The notes beneath the pieces are model-generated. The model was not told where the DNA came from. It searched no databases and worked only from the letters and a program-made list of their open reading frames with translations. Position numbers and translations under genes: made by a program. A DNA stretch of 64,000 nt from the IMG/VR virus record IMGVR_UViG_3300032116_000017. One strand, 5' to 3'. The stretch is from an uncultured virus (IMG/VR IMGVR_UViG_3300032116_000017) (lineage: Duplodnaviria; Heunggongvirae; Uroviricota; Caudoviricetes). Shown piece by piece: positions 20,361 through 29,686 of this stretch (position 1 is its first letter; each line of letters opens with the position of its first letter).

Positions 20361-20850
20361 TGTTTTAGAAATGGACATGAGTATTGAATACAAGTTCGCG
20401 TGGAATGTAGCTGCTCGAGCTTGTTTCAGTATTTTCTATATCCTACCAGACTGTATGTTACTTTATAGACATCAAGTGTCGGAACCATATATCTGGACTA
20501 AATTCGGATGTAATCACCCTGATAAAATAGATTTAGTAAAACTAGATGGTAAAAATCTAATGTTATTTCATGTTGATGTTTATAAAGAAAAAACTCATAA
20601 ATTTAAAGACCTAATTGATTATTGTCAGTCTAATAACATTGATATCTGGATTCCTTTTCCACTTAAAAACCTTTGGAGAACTGAAGAGCCTCATCTTCAG
20701 ATTATGAAAGATATACTAGATAATTATCAATACAGCACTTACGATTTAACTGGAATGAACTACAGGAGTGAAAATGAAATAAGTAGATTGGTTAAAGAAA
20801 AAACGAAACCTATATTAAGAGATATAAAATTAAGAAACTTATTTGATTAA
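20353..20850 (+). CDS. Hypothetical protein with C-terminal tag
   Basis: Ends LRDIKLRNLFD. Confidence 0.7.
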   Translation: MINVLEMDMSIEYKFAWNVAARACFSIFYILPDCMLLYRHQVSEPYIWTKFGCNHPDKIDLVKLDGKNLMLFHVDVYKEKTHKFKDLIDYCQSNNIDIWIPFPLKNLWRTEEPHLQIMKDILDNYQYSTYDLTGMNYRSENEISRLVKEKTKPILRDIKLRNLFD

Positions 20851-21101
20851 TATTCTATTTTCTCAACATCATCTAAATCAACATAGTATTCATTACCATC
20901 GATTTCTACTGTTATTAAACCATCTTCATCTATATCGACCGGAGTAATTGGATCTTTTGGATCATTATCAGGATATTCTTTAACAATTGTAGAATAGATA
21001 ACTCCTCTTTTCTTAATACATTTTATTATATCATCAATTGTGATAAGAGTTCCTTCTTCATTATTCTGTTTGAAATCCTCAAATAATTTTATCCATTTCA
21101 T
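20847..21101 (-). CDS. Small protein with N-terminal MKxIKxFE leader (putative virion-internal protein)
   Basis: Starts MKWIKLFEDF; TAATATATA 4 nt upstream. Confidence 0.7.
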   Translation of the reverse strand: MKWIKLFEDFKQNNEEGTLITIDDIIKCIKKRGVIYSTIVKEYPDNDPKDPITPVDIDEDGLITVEIDGNEYYVDLDDVEKIEY

Positions 21102-21105
21102 AAAT

Positions 21106-21129
21106 TATATATTAAAAACTTAATATATA
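21106..21129. promoter_or_regulatory. Back-to-back divergent TAATATATA (putative late) promoters
   Basis: TATATATTA 21106-21114 (minus) and TAATATATA 21121-21129 (plus), 4 and 6 nt from the respective ATGs. Confidence 0.65.
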
Positions 21130-21135
21130 AAAAGT

Positions 21136-21948
21136 ATGAAGTATATTAAAAGATTCAACGAAGAGCTTAAACCAGAAACTTATATTAGTGCTGGTTATAG
21201 ATTAAAAAATTTACCAGGTGGTGGAAAAAGAAGATCTTCACCTCTTATTGATTATGGTTTTGGGAAAAAGTATGGTTTCTATAAAATGCACTGGGCTAAT
21301 GGTTCATCTCTTTTAGGAAAAGATTTAACATTTACTAATCTAATATGTGAGAGTTACTTTGGGAGACCTGACTCTTCAAAAATTGAGACTTTTAGGTATT
21401 CAGCAGAAGATGCTGTGGAACTGTGGAAACAAGGTAATCATCCTCTTTGTATGACTTTTAATTTTGTTTTTCAATCTACTGAAGAAACAAAAGATAAATT
21501 AAATAGTAGTAGTGAACTTAATACCAACTGTCCAATGTTCTCATTTGAGATTTGGTTTAGTAACTGGGAAGAAGGTTTAGATTCTTATAATTGGGATTAT
21601 GATACTGAAGAGCCAATGACTGGAGATACCGTAGTTGATTTAAATGGTATGTATAAATGGACTAATGAACTTACAATCTATAAGAAGAAACCTGTTAAAA
21701 TGTATTACTCAAAATCATATCCTTTCTGTGGTATATTTTCAGATAGAGCTTCTGCTTTGAAATTCAAAAAAGAATTAAACAGTTTAATGGATCCACATAA
21801 AGAAAAAGTTATGGAACTTTTAAGCTGTGTTAATGCTTCTGCTGACGACATAGAAGATTTTGAAGATAGAATCAATAAAATAAGTTTAAATCATCTTTTC
21901 TCAGTTGATGAAAAAACAACCAATTGGTTCACATACAATGAATTGTAA
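21136..21948 (+). CDS. Leader-tagged protein, paralog family member 1
   Basis: MKYIKRFNEELKPETYISA...FSDRASALKF. Confidence 0.75.
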   Translation: MKYIKRFNEELKPETYISAGYRLKNLPGGGKRRSSPLIDYGFGKKYGFYKMHWANGSSLLGKDLTFTNLICESYFGRPDSSKIETFRYSAEDAVELWKQGNHPLCMTFNFVFQSTEETKDKLNSSSELNTNCPMFSFEIWFSNWEEGLDSYNWDYDTEEPMTGDTVVDLNGMYKWTNELTIYKKKPVKMYYSKSYPFCGIFSDRASALKFKKELNSLMDPHKEKVMELLSCVNASADDIEDFEDRINKISLNHLFSVDEKTTNWFTYNEL

Positions 21949-21961
21949 ATAAATTAATAAT

Positions 21962-22687
21962 ATGAAACACTTAAAGAAATTTAACGAAGAACTTAGACCA
22001 CAGACTTATATGTCTGCTGCTAGAAAATTAGATAAATTAGGTCACCACGATAGAGCAAATGCTTTAAAAGACTGGGCTAAAGAAACTGAGAAAAAAGAAG
22101 AAATGATTAAGTGGCAAGACCGCATACAAGATTATGCTCAGTTTGGAACATTTAAATTGACTATAAAAAATCCAGAAACTAATGAAACATTAACTGGTGA
22201 TTTTCATTTAGATGTTAATTTTGATGATTTATCATTTAGTGATGAGCCTGAAAGTGGTATAACTTTCTTCTTAGGTTTAATTCCAACTTCTGAAGATTTA
22301 ATCTATCAGTATATGGAACTTTGTCCAGATTATGATTTCGGAAACGGTTTCTTCTGGGGTAAAATCTTTAATTTACAATATGAATTAGGAGATACTGTTG
22401 TATTTACTAAGTGGAATATGTGGGACTATGATGATGAAATGAATGGTAAAATAAATTTTGCTGACAGAGCATCTGCTAACAAGTTCAAGAATTTAATTAT
22501 ACAAATATTTAGTAATCCACAATTAGGTTATCCATCTGGATATACCGACGCTGATGACTTATATGAAAAATTAACTAATACTATCTTAGCAGAGAACTCA
22601 TTCTCTTCTGATTATGGATTTAAATTAGAAGATGCTGCTGAATACATGAGAACAATTAGTCCAAATTTACTTTCTTCTACACTATGA
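21962..22687 (+). CDS. Leader-tagged protein, paralog family member 2
   Basis: MKHLKKFNEELRPQTYMSA...LGH...FADRASANKF. Confidence 0.75.
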   Translation: MKHLKKFNEELRPQTYMSAARKLDKLGHHDRANALKDWAKETEKKEEMIKWQDRIQDYAQFGTFKLTIKNPETNETLTGDFHLDVNFDDLSFSDEPESGITFFLGLIPTSEDLIYQYMELCPDYDFGNGFFWGKIFNLQYELGDTVVFTKWNMWDYDDEMNGKINFADRASANKFKNLIIQIFSNPQLGYPSGYTDADDLYEKLTNTILAENSFSSDYGFKLEDAAEYMRTISPNLLSSTL

Positions 22688-23544
22688 GATACTTAAAAAG
22701 ATTTAATGAAGAGTTAAAAGCATCTACTTACAAAAAAGCAGGTGAGAAATTCACTCAGATGGGTCACAAAAGAAGAGGATCTGAATTATTAGATTATGCA
22801 ACTCAAGTTGAATTAAAAGAAAAATATCAAAAATTAAGACAGGCTCAGGATGAAAATAAGGAGTATGGTTTATTTGATATTACGATGACAAGAGGTTATG
22901 GGTCAAATAAGAAAGATGTATTTTCTGGTAAATTTTATCTACAAATGTGTTTAGAATCTGATTGGTTCAAAGACCAATTATGGGATTGGTTTTATGAAGG
23001 TATGGATTGGCATATGGGAATTGCTATGGAGTTTGCCATTATACCAGCTGATGACGAAACACTTAGAATGTTGGAAACAAGTGAAGACGGAGATATAGTG
23101 TATTTTAGAAATAATACTATGTGGGGAGATGACTATAGATACTGGACAAATAGACTTTGGCTTACACTCTGTGATAAAAATGCAGTTCCTCTTTATATAG
23201 CAGGTGCTGGTGGATTTGAAGATAGAGATTCTTTTACATTCCATTTTAATTCAAGATCAGAAGCTATGAAATTTAGAAACTTATTGGCTAATACATTAGA
23301 AGGAAAATCTGATTGGGGTTCTTATAATGGTAGAACGATTTCTGACCAATTAAAATCAACAATTATTATGGATGAAGAAGACTGGAGATCAAAACTAATG
23401 GATAAGTTTTTACCGGGTAGAGAAGATGAATATGATATTAATAATCCAGATACTTGGCCAAAAAATACTTTTACAGAAGATACTTACAAAGGAGCTATCG
23501 AGGCGGTTAAGAGAATGTCAGTAAATGGTTTATATAGAGATTAA
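22684..23544 (+). CDS. Leader-tagged protein, paralog family member 3
   Basis: MRYLKRFNEELKASTYKKA...MGH...FNSRSEAMKF...NGLYRD. Confidence 0.75.
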   Translation: MRYLKRFNEELKASTYKKAGEKFTQMGHKRRGSELLDYATQVELKEKYQKLRQAQDENKEYGLFDITMTRGYGSNKKDVFSGKFYLQMCLESDWFKDQLWDWFYEGMDWHMGIAMEFAIIPADDETLRMLETSEDGDIVYFRNNTMWGDDYRYWTNRLWLTLCDKNAVPLYIAGAGGFEDRDSFTFHFNSRSEAMKFRNLLANTLEGKSDWGSYNGRTISDQLKSTIIMDEEDWRSKLMDKFLPGREDEYDINNPDTWPKNTFTEDTYKGAIEAVKRMSVNGLYRD

Positions 23545-23547
23545 GAG

Positions 23548-24819
23548 ATGAAGTATTTAAAAAGATATGAAGAAGCTGTCGGTGTTAGATTGAAATCAGA
23601 ATTGAAATCAACAGTTGAAGATTTGCTTATTGATTTAAGAGATGATGAATTTGAAACTAAAGTATCTGAAATAGATTATCATTCTCAAAAAGTAAAGGTC
23701 AAAGTCAATATACAAAGAGATAGAGAATTTACTTATGAAGATATAAAACCTCAAATTGAATCTATTTGGTCTTATTTAAATGAAGAAGGATTTACAATTG
23801 AAAACTTCACTAGTGTAGAAGACTGGGAAAACTTTGAAGAACCAGAAGACGAATTTACAATTCATCAAAAAGATAAAGGTTATGTGTGGTCCACTGGTGA
23901 AGATGGTGAGATTAAATCTATTGACAAAGAATTTCAAAGAAGACCAAATGTCATGATTTCACCAATATATAATCCAGAAAACTTTGATAGAATTCAAAAG
24001 TGGATATTTGAGATTTCATTTACTAAAGATAAAATTGTAGTTGATAGAAAGAGAGGTCATCTTACAACTAATGAAGAGTTAAAACCACAAACATATATAA
24101 GTGCTGCTGATAAACTAACTAAGTTAGGTCATATTAAAAGACCTGAGCAATTAAAATCTTGGGCTGAAACTATTAAGCAAAGAGAAATAGATACTAAACA
24201 CAAAATGGCTTTAGAAGAAGCAAAAAAATTAGGACAATTTCAATTAAGATTTGTTGGTAGAGGAAGTGAAATAAGGTTTGCAAACTGTTACATTCAACTT
24301 TATTTTAATTCCGATTATTACCTAAGTGAGATGTTACCAGAGTGGTTAGATGGTGAGAGAAACACACTTTGGTCACAGTTTATGTTTGGGATTCATCCGG
24401 TTTCTTCAGAAGATTTAGAAGTTTTAAATTGGTTTTCTGGTGATATTAAAGGTTATACAAATAGAGCGAATGGTATAATCTGGTTACAAGATGTTTATAT
24501 CAATCTGACAAATCAAAACTGCAAAGATGAAGATGGTGTGACTTTACCTATGACCCCTTCAGGTGTAGTTTCAATCGAATGCTCTGAATTTAGTGAAGTT
24601 TATTTTGCAAATAGAAGAGAAGCTATTAAGTTTAGAAATTTATTAGTCGATCTTTTCGAGGGAGATATAGATTACATACAACCGAATGGTAAAGACTTTA
24701 AAGAAGATATAATTGAAACTTGGTGTGATCATGAAGAAAGACCAGTTGAACTTTCAGAGTTAGAAGATTTTATTGATAAACTTAGAGTAATGAGATTAAA
24801 TTCATTATATAGAGATTAA
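23548..24819 (+). CDS. Leader-tagged two-module protein; C-half is paralog family member 4
   Basis: MKYLKRYEE start; internal NEELKPQTYISA..KL..LGH; FANRREAIKF; ends NSLYRD. Confidence 0.75.
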   Translation: MKYLKRYEEAVGVRLKSELKSTVEDLLIDLRDDEFETKVSEIDYHSQKVKVKVNIQRDREFTYEDIKPQIESIWSYLNEEGFTIENFTSVEDWENFEEPEDEFTIHQKDKGYVWSTGEDGEIKSIDKEFQRRPNVMISPIYNPENFDRIQKWIFEISFTKDKIVVDRKRGHLTTNEELKPQTYISAADKLTKLGHIKRPEQLKSWAETIKQREIDTKHKMALEEAKKLGQFQLRFVGRGSEIRFANCYIQLYFNSDYYLSEMLPEWLDGERNTLWSQFMFGIHPVSSEDLEVLNWFSGDIKGYTNRANGIIWLQDVYINLTNQNCKDEDGVTLPMTPSGVVSIECSEFSEVYFANRREAIKFRNLLVDLFEGDIDYIQPNGKDFKEDIIETWCDHEERPVELSELEDFIDKLRVMRLNSLYRD

Positions 24820-24835
24820 TTATTATATTTACAAA

Positions 24836-26008
24836 ATGAAAATAAAAAGATATAGACAATTCTTAGAATCAAACTCTAATGATATGTGGAACATTATTCC
24901 ACAGTCAGTGAAAGATTTGCAACAACTTTTTAAATCAAAAGAAAAAAAATTATATGTTGTTGGAGGTGCCGTTAGAGACTTTCTAACAGGAGATACACCA
25001 AAAGACTTTGACTTAGCAACTGATGCACTTCCAGATGAAGTATTAGAAATATTAGGAAGTAAATATAAAACTAACCTACAAGGTAAAGCATTTGGAGTGG
25101 TCGTGGTTTTCACCAATGATCAACCAGAAGGAATGGAGATTGCAACATTCCGAGAAGATGTTTCAAAAGGTAGAAACCCTGAAGTTAAATTAGGAGTTAC
25201 CATTGAAGATGATGTTAAAAGAAGAGATTTAACTTATAACGCACTTTTCTATGATTTAGATACTAAAGAGATTGTTGATTTAACTGGAGGACGTGAGCAT
25301 TTAGCAAAAGGAATAACTCAAATGGTTGGTGATCCTATTGAAAGATTTGATGAAGATTCTTTAAGAATTTTGAGAGCTTTTAGATTTGCTTCAAGATATG
25401 GACACCCTTTACATAAAGATACTGAAGCGGCAATTGAAAAAAGAAAACAATTAGAAAATATAGATCCTGAAACCGGTGAAATGAAAAGAATTTCACAAGA
25501 AAGAGTTTGGGAAGAGATGAACAAGGCGTGGAAACAAGCAAAAGACTATAGAAACTATTTACAATTCTTTACTAAGTTTGATATGTGGTCTGAAGTTTTT
25601 CCAGGCTCTGAAATCAATACCGATCTGGTTGATAGTAAAGACTTTGTGGTTGTTATTGCTAACTTATTTAAGAATGAAAACACGGATGGTTTAGAAAAGA
25701 GATTGGTTCAAGACTACAGAATAGATTCTCAAATGGCATCAAAAATAGTTTTCTTAATTAGATTATTAGAATTGACACCAGATACAGCATTTGATTTACA
25801 TAAGTCAAAATTACAATGTCATATTGAAGATAAAACTATTTTAGAATGGTTTAGAGTTTTGGGTGTAAATGATACTGTTAAAATTAAATTTGTAGAATAC
25901 AAACCAACTACTTCTGCTCAGGAATTGATGTTACAGGGTTTTAAAGGAAAGGCTTTAGGTGATGAGTTAAAAAGACTTGAAATTGAAAATTTCAAGAAGA
26001 TTTTATAA
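24836..26008 (+). CDS. cca: CCA-adding tRNA nucleotidyltransferase / poly(A) polymerase family, with N-terminal leader
   Basis: VGGAVRD, DFDLAT, EIATFR, RRDLTYNAL, EDSLRILRAFRF motifs; starts MKIKRYRQFLES. Confidence 0.9.
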   Translation: MKIKRYRQFLESNSNDMWNIIPQSVKDLQQLFKSKEKKLYVVGGAVRDFLTGDTPKDFDLATDALPDEVLEILGSKYKTNLQGKAFGVVVVFTNDQPEGMEIATFREDVSKGRNPEVKLGVTIEDDVKRRDLTYNALFYDLDTKEIVDLTGGREHLAKGITQMVGDPIERFDEDSLRILRAFRFASRYGHPLHKDTEAAIEKRKQLENIDPETGEMKRISQERVWEEMNKAWKQAKDYRNYLQFFTKFDMWSEVFPGSEINTDLVDSKDFVVVIANLFKNENTDGLEKRLVQDYRIDSQMASKIVFLIRLLELTPDTAFDLHKSKLQCHIEDKTILEWFRVLGVNDTVKIKFVEYKPTTSAQELMLQGFKGKALGDELKRLEIENFKKIL

Positions 26009-26040
26009 TTTTCTCATTTTAAAAATAGATATATACTGCT

Positions 26041-26505
26041 ATGATTTACCACTTATCGTATTTAAGAGACCGTTTAGGAAATAACTATTTAGGAATTAAT
26101 ATTCCAGTCGATTTAATTGAACCCTATTTAAATGAATTAAAAAATCACTTAACTACTGAAGAATACTCAACTTATGTCCAAAATCATCAAAATAGAGATT
26201 CTGGTCATTATCACATTACGGTTATAAATGTTATGGATTATAATAAGTTAGCGGAAGAATGGGGAATGGATAAATTTATTAATTCTTTAGAACCGGTTTT
26301 TCACTATGAAATCGATGACTTAGAAATGTTAGGAGTTGGAAAGGCCATAAAAGAACCAAACGTGGCTTATTTTATCGTCTGTAATTCGGATAAATTAGAT
26401 GCTGTAAGAACTAGATTTGATTTACCAAAACAAGATTTTCATGTTACAATAGGTTTCAAAGATAAAGATGTTTTTGGTGTAAGAAAAAATGAATTACTAA
26501 ATTAA
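26041..26505 (+). CDS. 2H phosphoesterase (RNA-repair type)
   Basis: Two HxT motifs: YHITV and FHVTIGF; GATATATA 5 nt upstream. Confidence 0.8.
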   Translation: MIYHLSYLRDRLGNNYLGINIPVDLIEPYLNELKNHLTTEEYSTYVQNHQNRDSGHYHITVINVMDYNKLAEEWGMDKFINSLEPVFHYEIDDLEMLGVGKAIKEPNVAYFIVCNSDKLDAVRTRFDLPKQDFHVTIGFKDKDVFGVRKNELLN

Positions 26506-26556
26506 ACTTTTAGTCTAATTATAGATATAGGAATCTATAATAAAAAAATAAAATAT

Positions 26557-26829
26557 ATGGAAAAAATGGAACTTTATGATTACTACAATCTTGATGAATG
26601 TGTTGATAGAAAAAAAGTAATTACTACATTAAAGAAGTTTAAAAAAGACGGAAAGATCGATTATTCTTTAGATGGTGAGGAACTTCATATTGAAGATATA
26701 GATTTAGATGATACTGAAATCGAGTATTTGTCTGAACTACTTGACGAAAATGATGTTTTTCCAAATCCTGATAAGGAAGAAGGTGATGATGATTATTCAG
26801 ACTTTGATGACTACGATGATGATTATTAA
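26557..26829 (+). CDS. Small acidic hypothetical protein
   Basis: D/E-rich 90-aa ORF. Confidence 0.65.
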   Translation: MEKMELYDYYNLDECVDRKKVITTLKKFKKDGKIDYSLDGEELHIEDIDLDDTEIEYLSELLDENDVFPNPDKEEGDDDYSDFDDYDDDY

Positions 26830-26862
26830 TAAAAAAGAGTTAGATTTTTCTAACTCTTTTTT
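26830..26862. terminator. Bidirectional terminator
   Basis: AAAAAAGAGTTAGA/TCTAACTCTTTTTT inverted repeat between convergent genes. Confidence 0.7.
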
Positions 26863-27695
26863 GTTTTCTTTCTTTTACGGTTCCAAAAATAAAGAAATAT
26901 TGGAATAATTATAGTAGTCATTAACCATTGCCAGTATTTCTCAAAAAAACCTTCAACTACAATCGGAAGATTTGATTTGATTTTAATATTTTTATTGAAT
27001 ACAATAATGTCTTTATTTAAATCTTTCAACTTAATAACTAACTTTAAAGGAGTTTCACCACTTTTTTTAGGTGTCACAATCCATTCCCATTCTGTGTAAC
27101 TTTCATTATCTATGTTTTGAACAGGAGTTGAAAGTGCAACAATGTTGAAAGCTTCTGAGTCACCTCTTAAATCAGCCGACATCTCACCAGAAACTTTGAT
27201 ATCATCAATTGTTGCGACGCTCTCATATTGAGGATTGTTTATAAAATCATCATTTCCTAATATCAAAACTGATTTATTTTGACCATTTGTCTTTTTAGAT
27301 ATTCTTACTTTTATTGAGTAGTTTTTAGATACCTTCATGCTTTCAGGTACTGAATAAGCTATCCATCCTTTTGCAGTATCAACTATATTTTCAGAGATAT
27401 TTTGAATTGACCTATCCACCACTTTTAAATTTGTATTTTTTTCGTGTTTTTCAACTAGTCTTATTTGATGAATCACATCAATTTTATTGATGTCGTCTTT
27501 TTTTATTACTTTCATTTCTTCAACTAATTCTTGTCTAATTAAAGTGTCTTTTATCGGCTCAACATTTAATTCATCTTTAATAACCGAGACAGTATCTAGT
27601 TTTAAAGACTCTAAATTCGTATCTGATTGGGTTACTTTTTGTGTTGCACATGAGACTAACCAAAATGCACTAATAAAAATAAAAATAAATCTCAT
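26850..27695 (-). CDS. Lipoprotein with C-terminal membrane anchor
   Basis: LVSC lipobox; terminal hydrophobic helix followed by basic tail. Confidence 0.7.
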   Translation of the reverse strand: MRFIFIFISAFWLVSCATQKVTQSDTNLESLKLDTVSVIKDELNVEPIKDTLIRQELVEEMKVIKKDDINKIDVIHQIRLVEKHEKNTNLKVVDRSIQNISENIVDTAKGWIAYSVPESMKVSKNYSIKVRISKKTNGQNKSVLILGNDDFINNPQYESVATIDDIKVSGEMSADLRGDSEAFNIVALSTPVQNIDNESYTEWEWIVTPKKSGETPLKLVIKLKDLNKDIIVFNKNIKIKSNLPIVVEGFFEKYWQWLMTTIIIPIFLYFWNRKRKKTKKS

Positions 27696-27739
27696 ATGTT
27701 ATATATTTAATATGAAAACTAAAATTAATATATAGTTTT

Positions 27740-28993
27740 ATGGATATTATTAAATTTTCTCAGTTTCTAAATGAAAATGTTATGATAACAGTTCTTGACT
27801 GTGTAATTGATGAATTCGGAAATTTATACAATGGAACTAACAATCGATATCCGCTAATGAAAGGATATATTGAAAAAGAGAAACTTCCAAAAATTTCAGT
27901 TGGTAGAATTTTAGGTGATGATAAAAGGACTTATTTAGCTGGTATAGACAAAAACGGTGTTTTAGTAGCAGCTGAAAAAAACAAATCATTAGATGGATAT
28001 CTAATAGATAATATCGGAAATAGAGTAAAAGTTCCGGCTTGGTTAAAAGGTACAAAATCAAGATATTGGAAGTTCTTTGACTTAACAAAGGATGCAAACG
28101 GAAATGATGTTCAAAGTTTTAATTATGATTACACAAGACTTGTTCCAACTGTTGCAACTGGTTGGGTAAATACTAAAGTTGATATGGAAGTCATCAAAAA
28201 AGTTCGTAGATATTCAAGAGGTTTAGGTCAAGGTTCCGGTAGAGAAGGATTCGTTAGTAAATTGTCTGACTTGCAAAGAATATCTTCTGAAGGACTCCAA
28301 AAAAGAAAAAGATCAAGAAATACAATACAGAAAGAAATGTCTGTAATTATGTTACTTCACTACATTAATGAAATTAAAAACTTTTTTACTCCGTCAGCAT
28401 CTGGATTCCTTTTTGAATCATTCTTAGGTGGTTTAATTAAAAACTCAAAAGTGGTTGAAGATAATTCCAAAGCAGATGTAAGAGCTGACGGTGAAACTTG
28501 GCAAATAAAACTTTACGATGCTGTTTCATCCTCTTCGATATCAGTAGCCTATATGGACGAAAGGTCAGTGCCAAAAATTCCGGTAGATCACTTTGTAATT
28601 TGTTTGAAATATGCTGATAAGATTGATATCGTTGTATTAAGAGGTATTGAAGACACAACAGATCCTCTTTGTTATACTAACTTCATAACCGGTGGTGGTA
28701 ATTTTTCTGTAGCTAAAATCAAAAACACACCATTCAAATATACAATAGAGCTTTTAGGTATTGAAGAAAAAATTAAATCTATTGCATCTGGACTTAAAGA
28801 ATCAATAGATGATATTTATTCTGATTTAAGCACTTTTCAATATAATATAGAATCAATAATCACTGGAGTAGATGAGAAAGGAAAATTGTTAAACGAGTCT
28901 AAGTTTGACCAGACTTACAATGAATCAGTTAATATTGCACAAGGACTTGATGTCAAAATAACATCTCTTTACAAGACTATTAAACAAGAATAA
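27740..28993 (+). CDS. Leader-tagged protein, possible restriction-endonuclease-like fold in C-half
   Basis: MDIIKFSQFLNE start; TAATATATA at 27726-27734; GFLFESFL...ADV...QIK spacing suggests PD-(D/E)xK. Confidence 0.55.
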   Translation: MDIIKFSQFLNENVMITVLDCVIDEFGNLYNGTNNRYPLMKGYIEKEKLPKISVGRILGDDKRTYLAGIDKNGVLVAAEKNKSLDGYLIDNIGNRVKVPAWLKGTKSRYWKFFDLTKDANGNDVQSFNYDYTRLVPTVATGWVNTKVDMEVIKKVRRYSRGLGQGSGREGFVSKLSDLQRISSEGLQKRKRSRNTIQKEMSVIMLLHYINEIKNFFTPSASGFLFESFLGGLIKNSKVVEDNSKADVRADGETWQIKLYDAVSSSSISVAYMDERSVPKIPVDHFVICLKYADKIDIVVLRGIEDTTDPLCYTNFITGGGNFSVAKIKNTPFKYTIELLGIEEKIKSIASGLKESIDDIYSDLSTFQYNIESIITGVDEKGKLLNESKFDQTYNESVNIAQGLDVKITSLYKTIKQE

Positions 28994-29038
28994 TTTGACT
29001 TTTATAAACATTGTATTATATTTGTAATAAAATATATT

Positions 29039-29686
29039 ATGATAGATATAAAAGAAGTAGTTGATTACCTAAACACATTTAATAATTATCAACTTTCAAA
29101 CTCAAGTGATGATGGAAGAGTTAATTCACTCACTTCTGAAGATTTACTTGTCTCAACTATTGAAAAAAATCTAAGTCACTACTCTAACATAAAAGTAGAA
29201 CCTAAAACCAGCAACCGACAGGAGCATGATTTTGTTTTATCACTAATTGATAACTCTGGTGAATCAATTTTCACCGAAGGGCATGATATAAAGATTGTTG
29301 AACCTTCTAACTTCACAAATACTGTTAGCTTTGTGAAACTATCTAAAATGTTAAATTTAGATGGGATGTCCTATGAGACAGTTATCAAATCTTATGAAAA
29401 GAAATCTAAAGCATGTGATATTAAATTAACACAAGATTATTCAATTTTGTTTTTTAACAAATCAACGATGAAGTTTTTTCATTGCTATCTTTCTGAAATG
29501 CCTAATAATGATGTCACTACAAATCCATCGAATTGTATTCAAACAAAACTTCCAACTGAACTAGTTACAAGAACTGAAGAAGAAAAGTTCAACTTCATAC
29601 ATTCATTGTGGAAAGGATATATTTATAAAAGAGTTGTAGCACCTGCTAAATTATGTGAGTCGATTGACTTTTCAGATATGTTTTAA
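29039..29686 (+). CDS. Putative type II restriction endonuclease
   Basis: Convergent with and overlapping the MTase; DGRVNS..SE, HDF...DIK spacing compatible with PD-(D/E)xK; host-type promoter TTTG-N19-TATATTTG at 28994-29024. Confidence 0.4.
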   Translation: MIDIKEVVDYLNTFNNYQLSNSSDDGRVNSLTSEDLLVSTIEKNLSHYSNIKVEPKTSNRQEHDFVLSLIDNSGESIFTEGHDIKIVEPSNFTNTVSFVKLSKMLNLDGMSYETVIKSYEKKSKACDIKLTQDYSILFFNKSTMKFFHCYLSEMPNNDVTTNPSNCIQTKLPTELVTRTEEEKFNFIHSLWKGYIYKRVVAPAKLCESIDFSDMF

